From contig OZ240241.1 in NCBI GenBank assembly GCA_965198115.1, positions 2,624,001 to 2,688,000 on the forward strand: a stretch of DNA of 64,000 bases, written 5' to 3'. The notes below the pieces were generated by a model. That model worked only from the letters and a program-made list of their open reading frames with translations, did not search any database and was not told the DNA's origin. Positions 19,268 to 29,653 of the stretch are shown one piece after another. This stretch comes from Candidatus Latescibacterota bacterium. GTDB lineage: Bacteria > Latescibacterota > UBA2968. Made by a program: the position numbers and the translations under genes. Position 1 is the stretch's first letter; the number at the start of each line of letters is the position of its first letter.

Positions 19268-20487
19268 AGCTCGAGATGGTCCCGAATACTCCGCACGGCA
19301 CGCGCGATGTCCGGCTCGTGACCGAAAGAGCTCAAACGAAAGTAACCTTCGCCACTCGGCCCGAAACCCGATCCTGGGGTGCCGACGACGTGCGCTTCGG
19401 AAAGCAGCTTGTCGAAAAAGGCCCACGAATCCATTCCGTCAGGCGTTTTCATCCATAGATAGGGCGCGTTCGAACCTCCGAACACGGTCAGACCGATGCT
19501 CTCCAGACAGTCACGAATCGTCTTCGCGTTGACCTTGTAGTAGGCCACCATCTCCTCCGACTGTTGTCGTCCTTCCTTCGAAAGAGCCGCCAACGCGCCC
19601 TCCTGCACGATGTTGGCGGGGCCATTGTAGAACGTGTTCTGACGCCGTCGCCACATCGTATTCAGCTTGCCCGCTTCGGCGTCCTCAGCCACCAGAGCCT
19701 GAGGAACGACGGACCATCCCAGACGAAGCCCCGTGAACCCGTTGTCTTTCGAAAAGCTGTTCAACTCGATCGCGCATTCGGCCGCTCCGTCCAGCTCGTA
19801 AATCGACCGCGGAAGGTCCGGATCGGTGATGTAGGCGCTGTAAGCCGCGTCGAAGATGATCACCGCCTTGTGTTCTCGCGCGTAGAATATGAACGTTTCG
19901 AGCTGTGATTTCGTTGCAACGGCGCCCGTCGGATTGTTCGGATTGCACAGGTAGATCAGATCGACATCCTCGGACGGTGGCTCGGGTACGAACCCGTTCG
20001 CCTCCGTGCAGGGCAGATAGACCAACCCTTCGTATTGACCGTCCACGGCGTCGCCCGTCCGCCCGCCGATCACGTTCGTGTCGACATACACCGGATACGC
20101 CGGGTCCTGAACGCAGATCACAGCATCGTTCGAGAACAGCGATTGGATGTTGGCCGAATCCGACTTCGCGCCATCCGATATGAAAACCTCGCTCGCGTCG
20201 AGCCGAACGCCCCGCTCGGCGTAGCGATCGGCCAGTCCCTGACGAAGCGACTCATTGCCTTCCCCGTCGCCGTAGCCCGTGTAGGTGTCCGGGTCGCTCA
20301 ACCGGTCTACGGCGGCGTGTAGGCCATCGACGACATTCGACGTCAGCGGCTCGGTCGTGTCTCCAATTCCCAGTCGCATCACTTCGACACCGGGGTTGGC
20401 GTCCGTGAACTCAGCCGTTCGACGAGCGATCTCGGGGAACAGATATCCTGCCGCCAGTTTGTTGTAATTTGCGTTGATTCGGGCCAT
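19264..20487 (-). CDS. dapL: LL-diaminopimelate aminotransferase
   Basis: AGYLFPEI, LGIGDTTEP, SDGAK, PNNPTG, PLP-lysine SFSK and TPGSGFGPSGEGYFRLS. Confidence 0.95.
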   Translation of the reverse strand: MARINANYNKLAAGYLFPEIARRTAEFTDANPGVEVMRLGIGDTTEPLTSNVVDGLHAAVDRLSDPDTYTGYGDGEGNESLRQGLADRYAERGVRLDASEVFISDGAKSDSANIQSLFSNDAVICVQDPAYPVYVDTNVIGGRTGDAVDGQYEGLVYLPCTEANGFVPEPPSEDVDLIYLCNPNNPTGAVATKSQLETFIFYAREHKAVIIFDAAYSAYITDPDLPRSIYELDGAAECAIELNSFSKDNGFTGLRLGWSVVPQALVAEDAEAGKLNTMWRRRQNTFYNGPANIVQEGALAALSKEGRQQSEEMVAYYKVNAKTIRDCLESIGLTVFGGSNAPYLWMKTPDGMDSWAFFDKLLSEAHVVGTPGSGFGPSGEGYFRLSSFGHEPDIARAVRSIRDHLEL

Positions 20488-20555
20488 GCCTCTCCTCGTT
20501 CATCGAGTTCGGGGTTTCGCGATCAATCTAAGTAGCTGCCCTACCGGAGCAAACG

Positions 20556-20588
20556 GAAACGCCGTCCCCACAAACGTGGGAACGGCGC
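20556..20588 (-). terminator. Hairpin downstream of frr
   Basis: CGCCGTCCCCAC-AAAC-GTGGGAACGGCG stem with a short U-tract on the minus strand. Confidence 0.5.
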
Positions 20589-20611
20589 GCTCCTCATTCG
20601 GTGGAGGAATT

Positions 20612-21169
20612 TCAGACTTCCATAATTTCTTCTTCTTTTATTTTCAAAATTTCGTCGATCAATTTGATGTGACCGTCCGTCAGCTCCTGCACCTGGCCCT
20701 GGCCGCGTTTGGCGTCGTCCTCGGGCACCTCACCCTCGCGTTGCACCTCTTTCAACATGTCGTTGGCATCTCGTCGATGGCTCCGGATCGACACCTTGCA
20801 TTCCTCACCCATCTGACGCACGACTTTGACGAGATCTCTGCGACGCTCTTCCGTCAGCTGTGGGATCGGTAGACGCACGAGGTTGCCATCGTTCGAGGGC
20901 GTCAACCCCAGGTTCGACGTTTGAATTGCCTTTTCGATCTCGGGAATCGCCGTCTTGTCGAACGCCTGGATGGTGATCAACCTCGGCTCTGGTGCAGCGA
21001 CGTTGGCCACCTGATTCAGCGGCACTTGGGAACCGTAATATTCAACCCGGATGGCGTCGAGAAGCGTCGTGCTTGCACGCCCTGTACGGACGGTGCTGAT
21101 TTCGTGTCGGAAGGCCTCGACCGCCTTGTCCATGCCGGACTTGGCTTCGGCCATGATTTCGTCAACCAC
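20612..21169 (-). CDS. frr: Ribosome recycling factor
   Basis: VRTGRAS, YYGS, LGLTPSNDG, LTEERRRDLVK and KEEEIMEV; AGGAGG RBS before the GTG at 21169. Confidence 0.97.
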   Translation of the reverse strand: MVDEIMAEAKSGMDKAVEAFRHEISTVRTGRASTTLLDAIRVEYYGSQVPLNQVANVAAPEPRLITIQAFDKTAIPEIEKAIQTSNLGLTPSNDGNLVRLPIPQLTEERRRDLVKVVRQMGEECKVSIRSHRRDANDMLKEVQREGEVPEDDAKRGQGQVQELTDGHIKLIDEILKIKEEEIMEV

Positions 21170-21191
21170 GAGTCCCTCCTTGTGTGGGACT

Positions 21192-21791
21192 TCAGCTTTC
21201 CTCACCCAATACGAACCGTACGAACCGCCGGATGTTGACGTTTTCGCCACTCTTGGCGCGGAGTGTGTCGAGCAGATCCCTGATCGTCTGATCCGGGTCT
21301 TTCACGAACGCCTGTTCCATGAGGCAGACGTCCTGAAAGTACTTGTCCATTCGACCCTCGACGATTCGGTCTACGACATTCTCCGGTTTGCCTTCCTGCA
21401 GGGCCTGCTCCTTGAAAATGCGCTGCTCACGTTCGACCAGGTTCTGGTCGAGGTCTTCGCGGTTCACGACCAGGGGCGCCGCCGCAGCGATGTGCATGGC
21501 CATATCCTTCGCGAACCCCTGAAACTCGTCGGTCCGTGCCACGAAGTCGGTTTCGGAATTGACCTCGAGCATCACACCTAGCTTGCTGCCGGCGTGAATG
21601 TAGGACGCGACGACGCCTTCCTCTGCGGCACGCGCGGAGCGATCCTCGGCCTTGGCGATCCCAGCTTTGCGGAGGATCTCGACGGCCGCGTCCACGTCGC
21701 CGTCGGCCTCCGTCAGCGCTTTCTTACAGTCCATCATGCCGACGTTGGTTTTCTTGCGCAACTCCTGCACCATCTGTGCTGTAATCGCCAT
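21192..21791 (-). CDS. tsf: Elongation factor Ts (short 199-aa form)
   Basis: ELRKKTNVGMMDCKKAL, EVNSETDFVA and IRRFVRF. Confidence 0.97.
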   Translation of the reverse strand: MAITAQMVQELRKKTNVGMMDCKKALTEADGDVDAAVEILRKAGIAKAEDRSARAAEEGVVASYIHAGSKLGVMLEVNSETDFVARTDEFQGFAKDMAMHIAAAAPLVVNREDLDQNLVEREQRIFKEQALQEGKPENVVDRIVEGRMDKYFQDVCLMEQAFVKDPDQTIRDLLDTLRAKSGENVNIRRFVRFVLGEES

Positions 21792-21836
21792 CTTCTCTAG
21801 TCCCGCCCTTTCAGCATCCCGTGCTCTGAGTCTGTC

Positions 21837-22643
21837 CTATCGGTTCTGTGCCGCGGTCGAAGTCGGGTTCGTCTCGACGATTTCGGTGATCTCCGGCTCC
21901 GATGCCACCTCCATCGGGCGCTGCTCTGAGACCTGCTCGGCTTCCTCGGCCGCGTCGTCGCGAGCGCTCTTGCCTTCGAGGACGGCATCCGACATCAGCC
22001 GCGTCACCAGCGTGATCGATCGGATGGCGTCGTCGTTCGCCGGGACCGGATAGTCGATCTCATCGGGGTTGCTGTTGGTATCGACGAGGGCGACAATCGG
22101 AATCTCGAGCCGTCGCGCCTCCGCCACCGCGATCCGCTCCTTCTTCGTGTCGACGACGAACACCAGCCCGGGCAAACGTCCCATGTCACGGATGCCGCCG
22201 AGTGAGGCCTGCAGCTTGCCGCGTTCCCTGTCCAGACGGAGACCCTCTTTCTTGGTCAGGCGTTCGTAAGTCCCATCCTGACTCATCTTGTCGAGGTTTT
22301 CCAGACGACGGATACTTTGGCGAATCGTCTGGTAGTTGGTCAGCATGCCACCCAGCCACCGTTCGGTCACGTTGAACATCTCGCACCGGTCTGCCTCGTT
22401 CCGCACGACGTCTCGGGCCTGCTTTTTCGTGCCCACGAAAAGAACGGGTTCACCGTTCTCGACAGCTTCGCGAACCACCTTGTAGGCCTCTTCGATCTGC
22501 CGAAGTGTCTTCTGCAGATCGATGATGTATATGCCGTTACGCTCAGTGAAGATGTACTTCTTCATCTTCGGGTTCCATCGTCGGGTCTGATGCCCGAAAT
22601 GAACGCCCGCCTCGAGCAACTCCTTCATCGATACGACTGCCAT
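21837..22643 (-). CDS. rpsB: 30S ribosomal protein S2
   Basis: [28 protein letters not shown] and [10 protein letters not shown]. Confidence 0.98.
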   Translation of the reverse strand: MAVVSMKELLEAGVHFGHQTRRWNPKMKKYIFTERNGIYIIDLQKTLRQIEEAYKVVREAVENGEPVLFVGTKKQARDVVRNEADRCEMFNVTERWLGGMLTNYQTIRQSIRRLENLDKMSQDGTYERLTKKEGLRLDRERGKLQASLGGIRDMGRLPGLVFVVDTKKERIAVAEARRLEIPIVALVDTNSNPDEIDYPVPANDDAIRSITLVTRLMSDAVLEGKSARDDAAEEAEQVSEQRPMEVASEPEITEIVETNPTSTAAQNR

Positions 22644-22804
22644 TCAATACCTCCTGGTGCGTCGACGACGCAATCGGGTTGGACCTGCGTGCCCGTCTGC
22701 CCGCCTCCGAACCGTCCCGGCCGAAACCGGAATCGGCACCCCGAACGCGGTCGGAGCACACGTGAATTCGGCCCTCGCACCCGAGCGCGAGGGCCGTTGA
22801 TGAC

Positions 22805-23197
22805 TCAGCGTTTGGAGAACTGGAAGCGCTTTCTGGCTCCAGGGCGCCCCGGCTTCTTCCTTTCAACCACTCTTGGATCCCGTGTCAACAGCCCTTGATC
22901 CCGGAGTGGCCTGCGATAGGTCTCGCTCAACGCGAGCAGGGTGCGTGAGAGACCCAGTCGAATCGCGCCCGCCTGGCCGCTCAGCCCGCCGCCCTTCGTG
23001 TGGGCCACGATGTCGTAGGTTCCGGCCGTTTCCGTGACCTCCATAGGCTGCTCGACGGTCATCACGAGTACTTCGCGCTTCAAATACTCGAGCGCGGGTT
23101 TGCCGTTGACCGTGATGTTCCCGCTGCCTGGAAACAGCCGCACGAAGGCCGACGAGGACTTTCGTCTTCCCGTCGCTGTTGCTAGAGGTTTTGCCAA
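22805..23197 (-). CDS. rpsI: 30S ribosomal protein S9
   Basis: TGRRKSS, GGGLSGQAGA and ERKKPG..ARKRFQFSKR; TTG start. Confidence 0.98.
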   Translation of the reverse strand: MAKPLATATGRRKSSSAFVRLFPGSGNITVNGKPALEYLKREVLVMTVEQPMEVTETAGTYDIVAHTKGGGLSGQAGAIRLGLSRTLLALSETYRRPLRDQGLLTRDPRVVERKKPGRPGARKRFQFSKR

Positions 23198-23210
23198 GAG
23201 ATCCTCCCGA

Positions 23211-23639
23211 TTACAAATCGATCGGTTCTGGTTTCTGACTCGCCTGCTTGTGCTCGCCGCCGGCGTAAATCCGAACCTTTTTCATCATCTTTCGTCCGAG
23301 CCTGTTCTTCGGCAACATTCCCCGGATCGCGTGCTCGAGCGCGTAAGTCGGACGCGAGTCGAGCACCTTTTGGAGGTTGCGCTTCTTGAGACCGCCCGGG
23401 TACCCGCTGTAGCGCGTATAGATCTTGCCCTGCAGCTTGTTTCCCGTCACCCGAACCTTGTCGGCATTGATGATCACCACGTGATCGCCCGTGTCGACGT
23501 GGGGCGTGTAGATCGGCTTGTGCTTGCCCTTCAAGATATGCGCGACTTCACTCGCAAAGCGACCGAGCACTTTGCCCTCTGCGTCGGCCAAAAACCACTT
23601 GCGGTGGATCTCACCCTTCTTTCCACTCACGGTCTTCAT
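23211..23639 (-). CDS. rplM: 50S ribosomal protein L13
   Basis: [23 protein letters not shown] and [10 protein letters not shown]. Confidence 0.98.
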   Translation of the reverse strand: MKTVSGKKGEIHRKWFLADAEGKVLGRFASEVAHILKGKHKPIYTPHVDTGDHVVIINADKVRVTGNKLQGKIYTRYSGYPGGLKKRNLQKVLDSRPTYALEHAIRGMLPKNRLGRKMMKKVRIYAGGEHKQASQKPEPIDL

Positions 23640-23748
23640 GGGTCGTCGGGCGTGTTCGTGCGTGCGAACGTGCGCCTTCTTCTCCTTCGAGGTTGATCGA
23701 GAGCGAGATACGCCTCAAAAGGGCGTATTTCGCTCGATTGAGCCTCAA

Positions 23749-23777
23749 AAAGTATAAGAAGCCCGAATTCCTGTCAA
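23749..23777 (-). promoter_or_regulatory. sigma70-type promoter of the rplM operon
   Basis: TTGACA-N17-TACTTT on the minus strand. Confidence 0.7.
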
Positions 23778-23800
23778 GCAGTTTAAGTAATGAACGTGGA

Positions 23801-24337
23801 TCAGTCGGAGGTGTTTGTTTCGCGGATCTTGGTCAGAAACGTGGAGAGGGGAACCGTGTAGGCACCCGCATCGGTGGGCTTGAACGCTGCACCCTCGGGG
23901 ATCGGCGTGCTGCCCCGCAGAAGTTGCACCTGCGGCCCTTTCAGCACGCGATAGCACCCTTGAGACAACCCGACGGGCCAGGGCGACCCCTCGTCGTTCG
24001 GTTCCGACAGAAAGACTACCGTTTCCTGGCCTACGGAGAAGGTGGGCATACCGGGAACGGTCACGTGACGGTCCTCGAGTCGCCCCCCGGGGAGCGTCAC
24101 GACCAGTGTTGTCGTGGGCTCACCCTTCACCGACTCGAGCACTTCGAACGTGGTCTGCGTGTGGACACCCACTCGATCGTCCGTGGGAACGACCACGACC
24201 TCTGTGCATCGAACGTGGGCAATCGTACGCGCACGCTCGCACAGCGTATCGAACTCGAACCTCACGACGGACGTGGCCCGAGCCGGGTGCGGGCAACTTA
24301 GGACTGCGGCAAGTAGGGATAGTAAGGCGGTACGCAC
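23801..24337 (-). CDS. Secreted hypothetical protein
   Basis: Signal peptide ending ARA; beta-rich domain (FEVLESVKG, LPGG, PGMPTFSVGQETVVFL); collinear with its neighbours. Confidence 0.7.
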   Translation of the reverse strand: MRTALLSLLAAVLSCPHPARATSVVRFEFDTLCERARTIAHVRCTEVVVVPTDDRVGVHTQTTFEVLESVKGEPTTTLVVTLPGGRLEDRHVTVPGMPTFSVGQETVVFLSEPNDEGSPWPVGLSQGCYRVLKGPQVQLLRGSTPIPEGAAFKPTDAGAYTVPLSTFLTKIRETNTSD

Positions 24338-24403
24338 GGTCGGATCTCGCGACAGGTGTGGTCGTGACGTTCCTTTGAACGCACCTGTCTATCGAGCGTT
24401 CCC

Positions 24404-24963
24404 CTATTGGAGCACGAAGCTCTGGAAGTAGACCTCTTTGACCGCCTCGGGCGGCGGGTTCGGACTGAGGAATTCGTTCAGGACCATCTTCATCTCGGCC
24501 TTGATTTCATCGTGATACCTCGGATCCAGCTGATCGATCGTCTTTTCGGACAGCACGGCGATCAATCGATCCACGATCCGGGAAGCCAGCTTGTTTTCCT
24601 CGATCGTCGTGAAAACCGGTTCCGAGGACAGTCCCAGGTGCACCTGGACGCTCGCAAAACGAAGGCCCCGGTTCCTGCCGGGTTTACGACGATCGGATCG
24701 AGCTTGTCCCAGATCACTTCCTTCTGCTCGGGGATATCCATCTGGGCAGCGGAGACCATCTCCTCACCTTCGACCGCCTCGCCATCGGATCCCCCGAAGA
24801 ACCAGGCCCCAATCGCATAGCCGATGATGATCTGGACGACGAGGACCACCCCGATCAGGGGCAGATACCGCATGAGTGGTGAGCCTTCACCACTCTCCTC
24901 CTCTTCTCCCTCTTCATCTCCCAGATCGTCCATCGAGCCAAGTAGATCTTCTTCTTCTGCCAT
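24404..24963 (-). CDS. fliL: Flagellar basal body-associated protein FliL (frameshift in a G run near 24666)
   Basis: Acidic N-terminus, single TM helix, LDPIVVNPAG, then in the shifted frame LRFASVQVHLGL...IVDRLIAVLSEKT...VKEVYFQSFVLQ*, a typical FliL C-terminus. Confidence 0.85.
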
Positions 24964-25049
24964 AGCCTATCTCCTCGATGAGATCCTTCGCGAGCGGCCG
25001 GAACATCCGAAGTCACCGATCGTCGCGCTATGAAGCTCCCACACATCGA

Positions 25050-25076
25050 TTATCGACAAAACCGGGGCATTCTTCA
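25050..25076 (-). promoter_or_regulatory. sigma28 (FliA)-type promoter of fliL
   Basis: TGAA-N15-GTCGATAA versus consensus TAAA-N15-GCCGATAA, about 90 bp upstream of the fliL ATG. Confidence 0.55.
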
Positions 25077-26456
25077 ATGATTCGGCACGCTTCCCTCGTC
25101 CGACAGGAGCCGTTCGGCCAGCGCGAGGGCGGCCGAACGGCTTTTCAACCGACCGTCCAACTGCTCCTCTTCGACGTCGGCAAGCACGCGACCGAAGGCC
25201 GGTCCGGGACGATAGCCCAGCGCGATCAGGTCATCGCCGCCGATCAGCGGCGACGGACGGATCTCGTCCGGCTTCAACCGCTGGAGCGCCTCGACGCAGA
25301 AGCGGTAGTTGTCGAGGTTCCCGTGGCTGGCCAGGCAATCGATGCGATGGAGTACCAGATGATCTTCGAACCTCGGTGTTCGAAGCAGTCGCTTGAGCTT
25401 GGCGGGTCGCATTTCGTGAACGTGGGAGAAACGATGATGGTCTGCGACGAGCCGCACCACGTGCATCATCGCCTCGGTCGATAGCAGAAGACGACGGCAG
25501 ATTCGCTCGGCGATCTCCGCCCCCACGTGCGTGTGGAGGTTGAACCGAATCCGGTCCACCACGCGGTATGTCGGCGGTTTGCCCACGTCGTGCAGCAGAA
25601 GCCCGAGTGCCAGTTCAGGCGAAGGTGACTCCGAGATTCCGAGCATGATCAGCGTATGCGTGAACACATCCCCCTCGGGATGGAACTGGGGAGGCTGAGG
25701 CACGCCAGCCATCGCCGAGACTTCAGGCAAGATCACGTCCATCAGACCCGTGTCGAGCAGAAGGCGAAGACCCCACGGAGCCCCACCTTCTGTCAGTGTC
25801 CGCAGCAGCTCGTCACGAATCCTTTCCGGACTGATCGCTTCGATCGACGGTGCCGCCCGCCGGATCGCGGCGAGCGTTCCCGCATCGACAGACCAGTTCA
25901 GCCGTGCTGCAAATCGAACCGCGCGCAGCATCCTCAGACGGTCCTCATCGAACCGTGCATTCGGATCCCCAATCGTCCGAATCGTGCGGCGTTCGATGTC
26001 TTCGACCCCGCCCACGTGGTCGAGGAGACGGTCTTCGACCGGATCGTAGAACAACCCGTTGACCGTGAAGTCCCGACGACGTGCGTCTTCCTTCTCATCT
26101 GCGAAAACCACCTCGTCGGGATGACGTCCGTCGCTGTACGCGCCCTCCTTCCGGAACCGGGCGACCTCGTAGACCCGGTCCCCCATCGACACACGGACCA
26201 CACCGAACGCCGCCCCCACGTAACGAGCGTCCGCGCCCGGCGTGTTCGCGAACAGCCGGAGAACCTCATCGGGATCGGCATCCGACGCAATGTCGTAATC
26301 GGCGGGGCGATGGCCGAGTACGCGATCCCGCACGCACCCGCCCGCCCAGAGCGCGCGATGACCCGCATCGGACAGACGCCGAACGATTGCGAGGGCGCCC
26401 TCCTCGAGAGCGCCCTCGTCGACCGTACTGCGAGTAGGATTTTGAACGTCAACCAT
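25074..26456 (-). CDS. cca: CCA tRNA nucleotidyltransferase with HD domain
   Basis: [43 protein letters not shown] and LLHDVGKP. Confidence 0.92.
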   Translation of the reverse strand: MVDVQNPTRSTVDEGALEEGALAIVRRLSDAGHRALWAGGCVRDRVLGHRPADYDIASDADPDEVLRLFANTPGADARYVGAAFGVVRVSMGDRVYEVARFRKEGAYSDGRHPDEVVFADEKEDARRRDFTVNGLFYDPVEDRLLDHVGGVEDIERRTIRTIGDPNARFDEDRLRMLRAVRFAARLNWSVDAGTLAAIRRAAPSIEAISPERIRDELLRTLTEGGAPWGLRLLLDTGLMDVILPEVSAMAGVPQPPQFHPEGDVFTHTLIMLGISESPSPELALGLLLHDVGKPPTYRVVDRIRFNLHTHVGAEIAERICRRLLLSTEAMMHVVRLVADHHRFSHVHEMRPAKLKRLLRTPRFEDHLVLHRIDCLASHGNLDNYRFCVEALQRLKPDEIRPSPLIGGDDLIALGYRPGPAFGRVLADVEEEQLDGRLKSRSAALALAERLLSDEGSVPNH

Positions 26457-27741
26457 GACGAGACGGAACGCGCTCGATGTGCGCGCCCAGGGATCGCAGT
26501 CGCTCGTCGATCCGTTCGTAGCCTCTGTCTATTTGCTCGATGTTGTCGATCACGCTCTTCCCCTCTGCACACAGGCTGGCGAGCAGCAACGCCATACCCG
26601 CCCGTACGTCGGGACTCATCAGGTGTTCGCCATACAGTTTGGACGGCCCCACGACCACCGCGCGGTGCGGGTCGCAAAGAATGATCTTGGCTCCCATTTC
26701 GATCAGCCGGTCGACCCAGAACAGACGAGACTCGAACATCTTTTCGAAAAACAGGACGGTCCCCCGCGACTGCGTGGCCACCACGATGGCGATGCTCATC
26801 AAGTCGGCCGGAAAACCGGGCCACGGATCGTCGTCGATCTTAGGAATCGCATCGCCAATATCGGGCACGATCTCGAGCTTTTGAAACTCCGGCACGACGA
26901 TGTCTTTGCCGTCGACCTCCACTTCGACCCCGAGCCGGCGGAACACCATCAACGACCGACGCATGTTTTCCGGGGCGGCGTCCTCGATGCGAATCGACCC
27001 GTTCGTCACGGCCGCCAGCCCGATGAAGCTCCCGACCTCCATGTAGTCCGGGCCGATCGTGTGATCCGTGCCCGTCAGCGTTTCCACGCCCTCGATCGTC
27101 AGCTCGTTCGTCCCGATGCCGCCGATCTGGGCACCCATGGCGTTCAGAAAATGGCAAAGCTCCTGGACGTGCGGCTCGCTCGCGGCATTCCGGATCGTCG
27201 TCTGACCCTTGGCCAGGACGGCCGCCATCAGGGCATTCTCGGTGCCCGTAACGCTCCGCTCGTCTAGAAAAATGTCTGCGCCTGCCAGACCGTCGGGGGC
27301 ACGCAGTTCGTAGATGTGATTCGTATAAACCCGCGCGCCCAGGGCCTCGAGCGCGAGGATATGCGTGTCAACACGACGCCGGCCGATCTTGTCGCCACCC
27401 GGGCGCGGAACGGTCGCCCGCCCGAACTTGGCGAGCAGCGGACCAGAAAACATGAAACCACCCCGAACCTGCCTGCACAGATCGGCGTTCAGAACGGTCT
27501 TATGGACGGAGCGGGCGCACAACGTAAGGGTGTGGGCGTCCAGCTCGGCAACCTCGACGCCGATATCGCGCATGATATCCAGAATCGTCGCGCGATCACG
27601 CGTCTCCGGCACGTTCCGGAGCGTAACCTTCTCTTCCGTCAGCAGGCTGGCCGCAAGAACCGCCTGGAGCGCGTTCTTGTTCCCGGCCACCCGTATCGTC
27701 CCGGAGAGCTGACGCCCTCCCTCGACGATGAACTGAGCCAT
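26449..27741 (-). CDS. murA: UDP-N-acetylglucosamine 1-carboxyvinyltransferase
   Basis: [41 protein letters not shown] and IDRGYE. Confidence 0.96.
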   Translation of the reverse strand: MAQFIVEGGRQLSGTIRVAGNKNALQAVLAASLLTEEKVTLRNVPETRDRATILDIMRDIGVEVAELDAHTLTLCARSVHKTVLNADLCRQVRGGFMFSGPLLAKFGRATVPRPGGDKIGRRRVDTHILALEALGARVYTNHIYELRAPDGLAGADIFLDERSVTGTENALMAAVLAKGQTTIRNAASEPHVQELCHFLNAMGAQIGGIGTNELTIEGVETLTGTDHTIGPDYMEVGSFIGLAAVTNGSIRIEDAAPENMRRSLMVFRRLGVEVEVDGKDIVVPEFQKLEIVPDIGDAIPKIDDDPWPGFPADLMSIAIVVATQSRGTVLFFEKMFESRLFWVDRLIEMGAKIILCDPHRAVVVGPSKLYGEHLMSPDVRAGMALLLASLCAEGKSVIDNIEQIDRGYERIDERLRSLGAHIERVPSRHG

Positions 27742-27804
27742 AAGCGGATTCGCCTCCAGCTTGAAGGCAGAGAGAATGGTGTGGGGTGACTGCGTCTAAG
27801 TCCA

Positions 27805-27833
27805 ACTATAACATATCCTTGCGGCTACTTCAA
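27805..27833 (-). promoter_or_regulatory. sigma70-type promoter of murA-cca
   Basis: TTGAAG-N17-TATAGT with an extended -10 TG. Confidence 0.55.
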
Positions 27834-27840
27834 GAGCAAT

Positions 27841-28923
27841 CTACGCGACACCGGCGCCCGGACTGGCCTGGTAGAGCTGTCCACACCCTGCGGTGATGTC
27901 CGTCCCCTTGCTGTATCGGACCGTGGCCGTCATCTGGGCCGACGCGATCGTCTCGACGAAGGCGTGGATCGTCGTTTCCGAGGGTCGATCGAAAGCCTCG
28001 CCGTCGATCGGATTCCACGGGATCACGTTGATCTTGCAGGGGATGGGCCGAACGAGATCGACGAGGGCGCGGGCGTCCGCCACCGAGTCGTTCACGCCCG
28101 CCAAAAGCACATACTCGAACGTGACATACCGACCGAACGCGCGCTGGTAGCCGGCGACCGTCCCCAGGAGGACACGGATCGGCCACCGGCGGTTGATCGG
28201 CATGATCTCGTCCCGCAGCGTATCCGTCGTCGCGTTCAGCGAGACGGCGAGCATCACGTGCGGTCCTTCCTCGGTCAGCGTCTGTATACCCGGCACGTGC
28301 CCTGCCGTCGAGAGCGTGATCCGGCGACGGCTGATAGCCGGGCCGTAGTCCAGGTTGATGATCCGAATCGCACGCGACACCGCCGGCAGGTTCAGCATCG
28401 GCTCGCCCATGCCCATCAGAACCACGTTCGTCAGATCCTCGTCCAGGACCGACAGATGCCGCCGGGCCGTCACCACCTGGTCCACGATCTCTCCCGCCGT
28501 CAGGTTGCGGACCAATCCCATTTTCCCCGTCGCGCAAAAAGTGCAGTCGAGAGGACACCCGACCTGTGACGACACGCACAACGTGCGACGCCTGCCTTCG
28601 GACATCAGGACGCTTTCGACACGGCGCCCGTCCTCCAGCTCGAACAGATACTTGGTCGCCTGACCCGTCGGATCGACGAGCGCTTCCGCCTCTCGCAGAT
28701 TCTGGATCTGCGCGCACTCAGCCAGCTTCCGCCGGTGCTCTTTCGACAGGTTGGTCATTGCGTCGAAGGACCGCGCGCCGTAGCCGTAGATCCATTGTGC
28801 GATCTGGCGGCCCCGGTAGCGTTCCAGACCGACGGAGACAGCGATGGTCTCCAGCTCGCTCGGTAGCAGACCCTTCAGTTCGGTCCGGGCGGAAACGTGC
28901 CCGCCGTTCTCGGTCAGGGTCAA
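27841..28923 (-). CDS. rlmN: 23S rRNA (adenine-2503-C2) methyltransferase RlmN, radical SAM
   Basis: CVSSQVGCPLDCTFCATG, MGMGEP and GTDITAGCGQL. Confidence 0.95.
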   Translation of the reverse strand: MTLTENGGHVSARTELKGLLPSELETIAVSVGLERYRGRQIAQWIYGYGARSFDAMTNLSKEHRRKLAECAQIQNLREAEALVDPTGQATKYLFELEDGRRVESVLMSEGRRRTLCVSSQVGCPLDCTFCATGKMGLVRNLTAGEIVDQVVTARRHLSVLDEDLTNVVLMGMGEPMLNLPAVSRAIRIINLDYGPAISRRRITLSTAGHVPGIQTLTEEGPHVMLAVSLNATTDTLRDEIMPINRRWPIRVLLGTVAGYQRAFGRYVTFEYVLLAGVNDSVADARALVDLVRPIPCKINVIPWNPIDGEAFDRPSETTIHAFVETIASAQMTATVRYSKGTDITAGCGQLYQASPGAGVA

Positions 28924-28945
28924 ACCGTGCTTTTTGAGATTGGAG

Positions 28946-28974
28946 TTGACACGTTGTGAGCTTTGGCCTAATTT
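28946..28974 (+). promoter_or_regulatory. sigma70-type promoter facing the M23 gene, now separated from it by the IS
   Basis: TTGACA-N17-TAATTT. Confidence 0.6.
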
Positions 28975-29011
28975 CGGGTTCCGTTGCGGGTAATAACCAT
29001 AAATTACAGGT

Positions 29012-29653
29012 AGTCATGACCTCCGGCAAAGCCGGAGGCTTGAAAACTTGTGAACCGCTCAAAGCGGTTGGAAACCAAGCGCCACCTAAAGGTGGCGATT
29101 ACCTGAAAATGTTGAGCTGGTCGAGACGCCGGTCCTCCCGCTCCTGGTTCTGGATATACTCCCGAACCGTCTGTTCATCCTTGCCAACGGTGGAGACCCA
29201 GTAGCCTCTTGCCCAGAAATGCTGCCCGGTGAAGTTCGACCTGCGTCCCAGATAGTTCCGAGCAATGTGAATCGCACTCTTTCCTTTGATGAACCCTACC
29301 GTCTGAGCTACTGAGTGCTTCGGCGGGATCGAAATCAGCATGTGCACATGGTCGGATCGCAGGTGACCCTCTTCCACACGGCATTCCTTCTGTGCGGCCA
29401 GATCCCGAATCACCTCGCCCAGATAGCAACGAATTTCACCATACAACACTTTCTACGATACTTCCGAACCCAAACAACGTGATACTTGCACTCCCATACC
29501 GTGTGACGTAGACTCCTTACGTTGTTCATTAGAGAGCCTTCCTTCCGTGTGCTTTGAGCGGTCCACGGCAAGGGAGGCTCTTACATATTTCTGGAACTGT
29601 CAAACTCTGGGAGTCTCCCCGGCAGAGCCGGGGGCTTACCAAGGTTTAGTTAG
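29012..29653 (-). mobile_element. IS200/IS605-family element (tnpA only)
   Basis: Related subterminal hairpins CCTCCGGC-AAA-GCCGGAGG (29020-29038) and CCCCGGC-AGA-GCCGGGG (29617-29633) flank a Y1 transposase; no tnpB. Exact ends are approximate. Confidence 0.88.
29099..29529 (-). CDS. tnpA: IS200-family Y1 (HUH) transposase TnpA (frameshift near 29452)
   Basis: HTVWECKYHVVW.RKYRRK, then VLYGEI...DHVHMLISIPP (HUH motif), KGKS, FWARGY and YIQNQ. Confidence 0.88.
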
